The notes under the pieces are model-generated. The model did not search any database, had not been told where the DNA came from, and saw nothing but the letters and a program-made list of their open reading frames with translations. This document shows, piece by piece, positions 5,192 through 7,350 of a stretch of DNA of 7,350 nt. Location: the NCBI RefSeq assembly GCF_003334385.1, contig NZ_QOWN01000072.1; one strand, written 5' to 3'. The translations under genes and the position numbers were made by a program. Each line of letters starts with the position of its first letter. Within the stretch, counting starts at the first letter, position 1. The stretch is from Escherichia coli (GTDB lineage Bacteria; Pseudomonadota; Gammaproteobacteria; Enterobacterales; Enterobacteriaceae).

Positions 5192-5645
5192 ACAGCAAAT
5201 CCGGCTGGTCTGCCGTCAGTGCATGGACCGCTGCCGGGCGGGTGAAACGTGGCCCCCAGACCTGGCTGAGTTTGTTGCACTGATTTCGGAGAGTGGGGCA
5301 AATCCATTTGGTCTTACGGTGGATGCAGTGATGGAAGAGTACCGGCGCTGGCGCAATGAATCCTGGCGATACGACGGGAGTGATAAATACCCGTGGCCAC
5401 AGCCTGTGCTGTACCACATCTGCCTCGAAATGCGTACCAGAGGGATTGAGCGCCAGATGACGCAGGGTGAGTTAAAACGACTTGCGGAACGGCAACTGAC
5501 GAAATGGGCAAAGCATGTTGGTAACGGGATGAGTGTTCCGCCAGTGCGACGACAACTGGAAGGGGCGAAACACCCGCAAGGGCCAACGCCAATTGAACGG
5601 CTGAAACAGGAATACGAACGCCGGAAGGCAGCTGGTTTTATTTGA
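4983..5645 (+). CDS. replication protein, lambda-P-like helicase loader (220 aa as drawn; start uncertain)
   Basis: ORF track 4983..5645. Segments WPPDLAEFVALISE, KYPWPQPVLYHI, ELKRLAERQL and SVPPVRRQLE align with lambda P as I remember it. ATG 4983 has the best SD (AGGGGG, 6 nt) but overlaps the O-like gene by 209 nt. Alternative starts are ATG 5103 (weak SD) and ATG 5184 (ATGACTGA overlap with the O stop). Confidence 0.75.
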   Translation: MQHQVARHHGQFRKSGQHANSGNVTTDLSATETAWKLWELMGEVYSNRWTQKNGAAPSKLWIAQIGAMTEQQIRLVCRQCMDRCRAGETWPPDLAEFVALISESGANPFGLTVDAVMEEYRRWRNESWRYDGSDKYPWPQPVLYHICLEMRTRGIERQMTQGELKRLAERQLTKWAKHVGNGMSVPPVRRQLEGAKHPQGPTPIERLKQEYERRKAAGFI

Positions 5646-5678
5646 GTCTGAGAAACGATTTTGTCGGAGGAAATTTTA

Positions 5679-6395
5679 ATGGAAACCGTATTTGACGCAC
5701 TGAAAGCACTGAAAAGAGCCTCTTCACAGGTAGTGGCGGCCCGCCTTGGAATCAGCCGTGAAGATGCGGTCAACGAACTGTGGAAACTGAAGCGCCGCGG
5801 TGAAGCGGATAACAAGGGTTCGATGTGGTGGCTGATTCAGGCTGGTGAAAGTGAACCGGTGTCACCGGTACCGAAAGTGACAGCGCAAATGCTGACTGAG
5901 GCGATTGAACAACATGGCCCACAAACGGCGGATGAGCTGGCACTGATGTTCGGGATTACCTCCCGCCGGGCGAATTCATCGCTGGCCATGGCAATCAGCA
6001 AAGGGCGTCTGATTCGCGTGAATCAGGGTGGTAAATTTCGTTACTGCATACCGGGCGCTGATTTACCGGCAGAGCCGGAAGCTGCATCCGTAGCGGAAAC
6101 CGATGGTAAAGCCTTTCCTCAGCCAGCAGGTGTTGCGTTACCAGTACAGGAAATGATGGCACAGGAAGAAATGAAAACAGAAATCGTGGAAGACATTGTG
6201 AGGTTACAGCCATCGATCACCGAAATGAAAGCAGATGACCTGATTCTACCATCGCTGCATGTGGCTAACCGCGAGCTGCGCCGGGCGAAAAGTGATGTCC
6301 AGAAGTGGGAGCGAGTCTGTGCTGCGCTGCGGGAACTGAACAAACACAGGGATATTCTCCGGGATATTACCGCCACCAGAGAGCAGCAGCGGTGA
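5679..6395 (+). CDS. hypothetical protein with two tandem winged-helix-like segments (238 aa); possibly DUF1627-type prophage protein
   Basis: ORF track 5661..6395; preferred start ATG 5679 with GGAGG at 5666-5670 (8-nt spacing), since the track start is a TTG. Two repeats of a wHTH-like pattern (residues about 1-55 and 75-130) and a charged coiled C-terminus. DUF1627 assignment is from memory. Confidence 0.7.
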   Translation: METVFDALKALKRASSQVVAARLGISREDAVNELWKLKRRGEADNKGSMWWLIQAGESEPVSPVPKVTAQMLTEAIEQHGPQTADELALMFGITSRRANSSLAMAISKGRLIRVNQGGKFRYCIPGADLPAEPEAASVAETDGKAFPQPAGVALPVQEMMAQEEMKTEIVEDIVRLQPSITEMKADDLILPSLHVANRELRRAKSDVQKWERVCAALRELNKHRDILRDITATREQQR

Positions 6396-6709
6396 GTGGC
6401 TGGAAGAAGTGGCGCTGGGCTGAAATCCTGATACTCCGGCAGTGTGCGGGAACGATGAGAGTCGAAAGCATCGGTTATCTGATTGGTCGTAGTGAGTCAG
6501 CCGTCAGGACGAAAGCGCGGGAACTGGGTATCAGCATGATTTTACGGGGTGATTTTCACCCGTCGGCAAAATATTCACAGCGTGATATTGAGCTGGCGCG
6601 GCAACTGCATCAGCGTGGCGTACCCCGACGGGAAATTGCCGAAAAGTTTGGGATGAAGTTGGGCGCAGTGAATAACTACGTTTATTTCGACAGGAGGGTT
6701 CAGGAGTGA
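6392..6709 (+). CDS. small putative HTH DNA-binding protein (about 105 aa; start uncertain)
   Basis: Part of ORF track 6305..6709. GTG 6392 overlaps the upstream stop (GTGA); ATG 6455 is the alternative. HTH-like segments [21 protein letters not shown] and [20 protein letters not shown]. No family recognised. Confidence 0.55.
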   Translation: MSGWKKWRWAEILILRQCAGTMRVESIGYLIGRSESAVRTKARELGISMILRGDFHPSAKYSQRDIELARQLHQRGVPRREIAEKFGMKLGAVNNYVYFDRRVQE

Positions 6710-7008
6710 GGGTGAGGATTTATATCGCCGGTCCGATGACGGGATATGAAAATTTCAACCGCGAGGCGTTTCACAGGGCGGAAGATGCGCTGAAACGGGA
6801 AGGGCATACCGTTTTAAACCCGGCAGTACTTCCGGACGGGCTGACTCAACCACACTACATGGATATTTGCATGGCAATGCTCCGTTGCGTGGATGCGGTT
6901 TACATGCTGAAAGGCTGGCAGCAGTCGGCAGGTGCAAGGGCTGAGCTGGCACTGGCGGAGAAACTGGGCCATGCGGTGATTTTTCAGGAGGTGGGCAGTG
7001 AATATTGA
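6706..7008 (+). CDS. DUF4406-like protein (nucleoside 2-deoxyribosyltransferase-like fold family), 100 aa
   Basis: ORF track 6706..7008. N-terminal RIYIAGPMTG motif typical of DUF4406 prophage proteins (from memory). GTG start overlaps the upstream stop (GTGA); GGAGGG 7 nt upstream. Confidence 0.75.
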   Translation: MRVRIYIAGPMTGYENFNREAFHRAEDALKREGHTVLNPAVLPDGLTQPHYMDICMAMLRCVDAVYMLKGWQQSAGARAELALAEKLGHAVIFQEVGSEY

Positions 7009-7216
7009 CCCGGCGATAACGATTGATATGGCCCTGAACACCGGCCTAGCACTTCTTGGTTATCTCTACATCATGTTCTGCAGCGGACGATGGCTGTCAC
7101 TGTTGTTCAAAAATGGAATAAACGCCGTAAGCAGGAGCAACGCCAGAAGGCAATGGATGCATTTTTCGAAGCCTTCGGGATTGACAGCATGGAACCAGGG
7201 GATCCAGCTCGCGTAA
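6998..7216 (+). CDS. small putative membrane protein (72 aa); reading frame uncertain after the TM segment
   Basis: ORF track 6998..7216. GTG start with AGGAGG SD (6986-6991) at 6-nt spacing. N-terminal hydrophobic helix ITIDMALNTGLALLGYLYIMF. A second small ORF in another frame (ATG 7090 to stop 7246-7248, MAVTVVQKWNKRRKQEQRQKAMDAFFEAFGIDSMEPGDPARVISRGDVVILV) overlaps it. Confidence 0.35.
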   Translation: MNIDPAITIDMALNTGLALLGYLYIMFCSGRWLSLLFKNGINAVSRSNARRQWMHFSKPSGLTAWNQGIQLA

Positions 7217-7264
7217 TTAGCAGAGGTGACGTTGTAATTCTTGTATAACGGAATGAAGAGAAAA

Positions 7265-7350
7265 ATGAGCGAGATTAACTATCAGGTACTGCGTGAAAAG
7301 GCAGAGAAAGCAACTAAAGGAAGCTACATCGTAGGGCATACATCTGTTAA
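7265..7350 (+). CDS. hypothetical protein, 5' end only (continues past the window)
   Basis: ATG at 7265 with purine-rich GAAGAGA upstream. Translation MSEINYQVLREKAEKATKGSYIVGHTSV stays open to the window edge. Confidence 0.4.
   Translation, partial: MSEINYQVLREKAEKATKGSYIVGHTSV

Noticed and set aside
4634-6376. ORFs 4634..4984 (-), 5067..5417 (-), 5101..5307 (-), 5216..5815 (-), 5314..5592 (-), 5995..6213 (-), 6119..6376 (-)
   Set aside because: These are minus-strand shadow ORFs across the GC-richer replication genes. Their translations are R/S/P/C-rich and lack start signals, and the plus-strand proteins have recognisable family features.
6755-7041. Minus-strand ORFs 6755..6952 and 6814..7041
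   Set aside because: They are antisense to the DUF4406-like gene, with no SD and implausible composition.
1-7350. Integrase, transposase, tRNA, att site or CRISPR array
   Set aside because: No translation resembling a recombinase or transposase, no tRNA-like cloverleaf and no repeat-spacer array was found. The window appears to lie inside the prophage, not at its ends.

Overview
This window reads as the immunity and replication core of a Rac-type lambdoid prophage from an enterobacterium (taxonomy is inferred from gene content only). Left to right: three small leftward genes (1-618); a ~500-bp noncoding gap containing an 18-bp perfect inverted repeat; a rightward small ORF plus a two-TM membrane protein (SieB-like by position); a leftward 77-aa early gene; an OL/pL-like operator pair; a leftward operon of HTH repressor, 63-aa antitoxin and RelE/ParE-family toxin (resembling the paaR-paaA-parE three-component system), closed by an intrinsic terminator; an OR region with the same operator palindromes; rightward ydaS (Cro-like) and ydaT; a lambda-O-like initiator carrying two internal iteron arrays; a lambda-P-like helicase loader that overlaps it; then a tandem winged-helix protein, a small HTH protein, a DUF4406-like protein and small ORFs. 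No rRNA, tRNA, CRISPR array or transposase was seen. All family assignments come from reading the translations and from memory of these families; no search was run. The most notable points are the toxin-antitoxin pair sitting where lambda carries rexAB, the mirrored operator-promoter units flanking that operon, the origin-like iterons inside the initiator gene, and the inverted-repeat-bounded 159-bp element.
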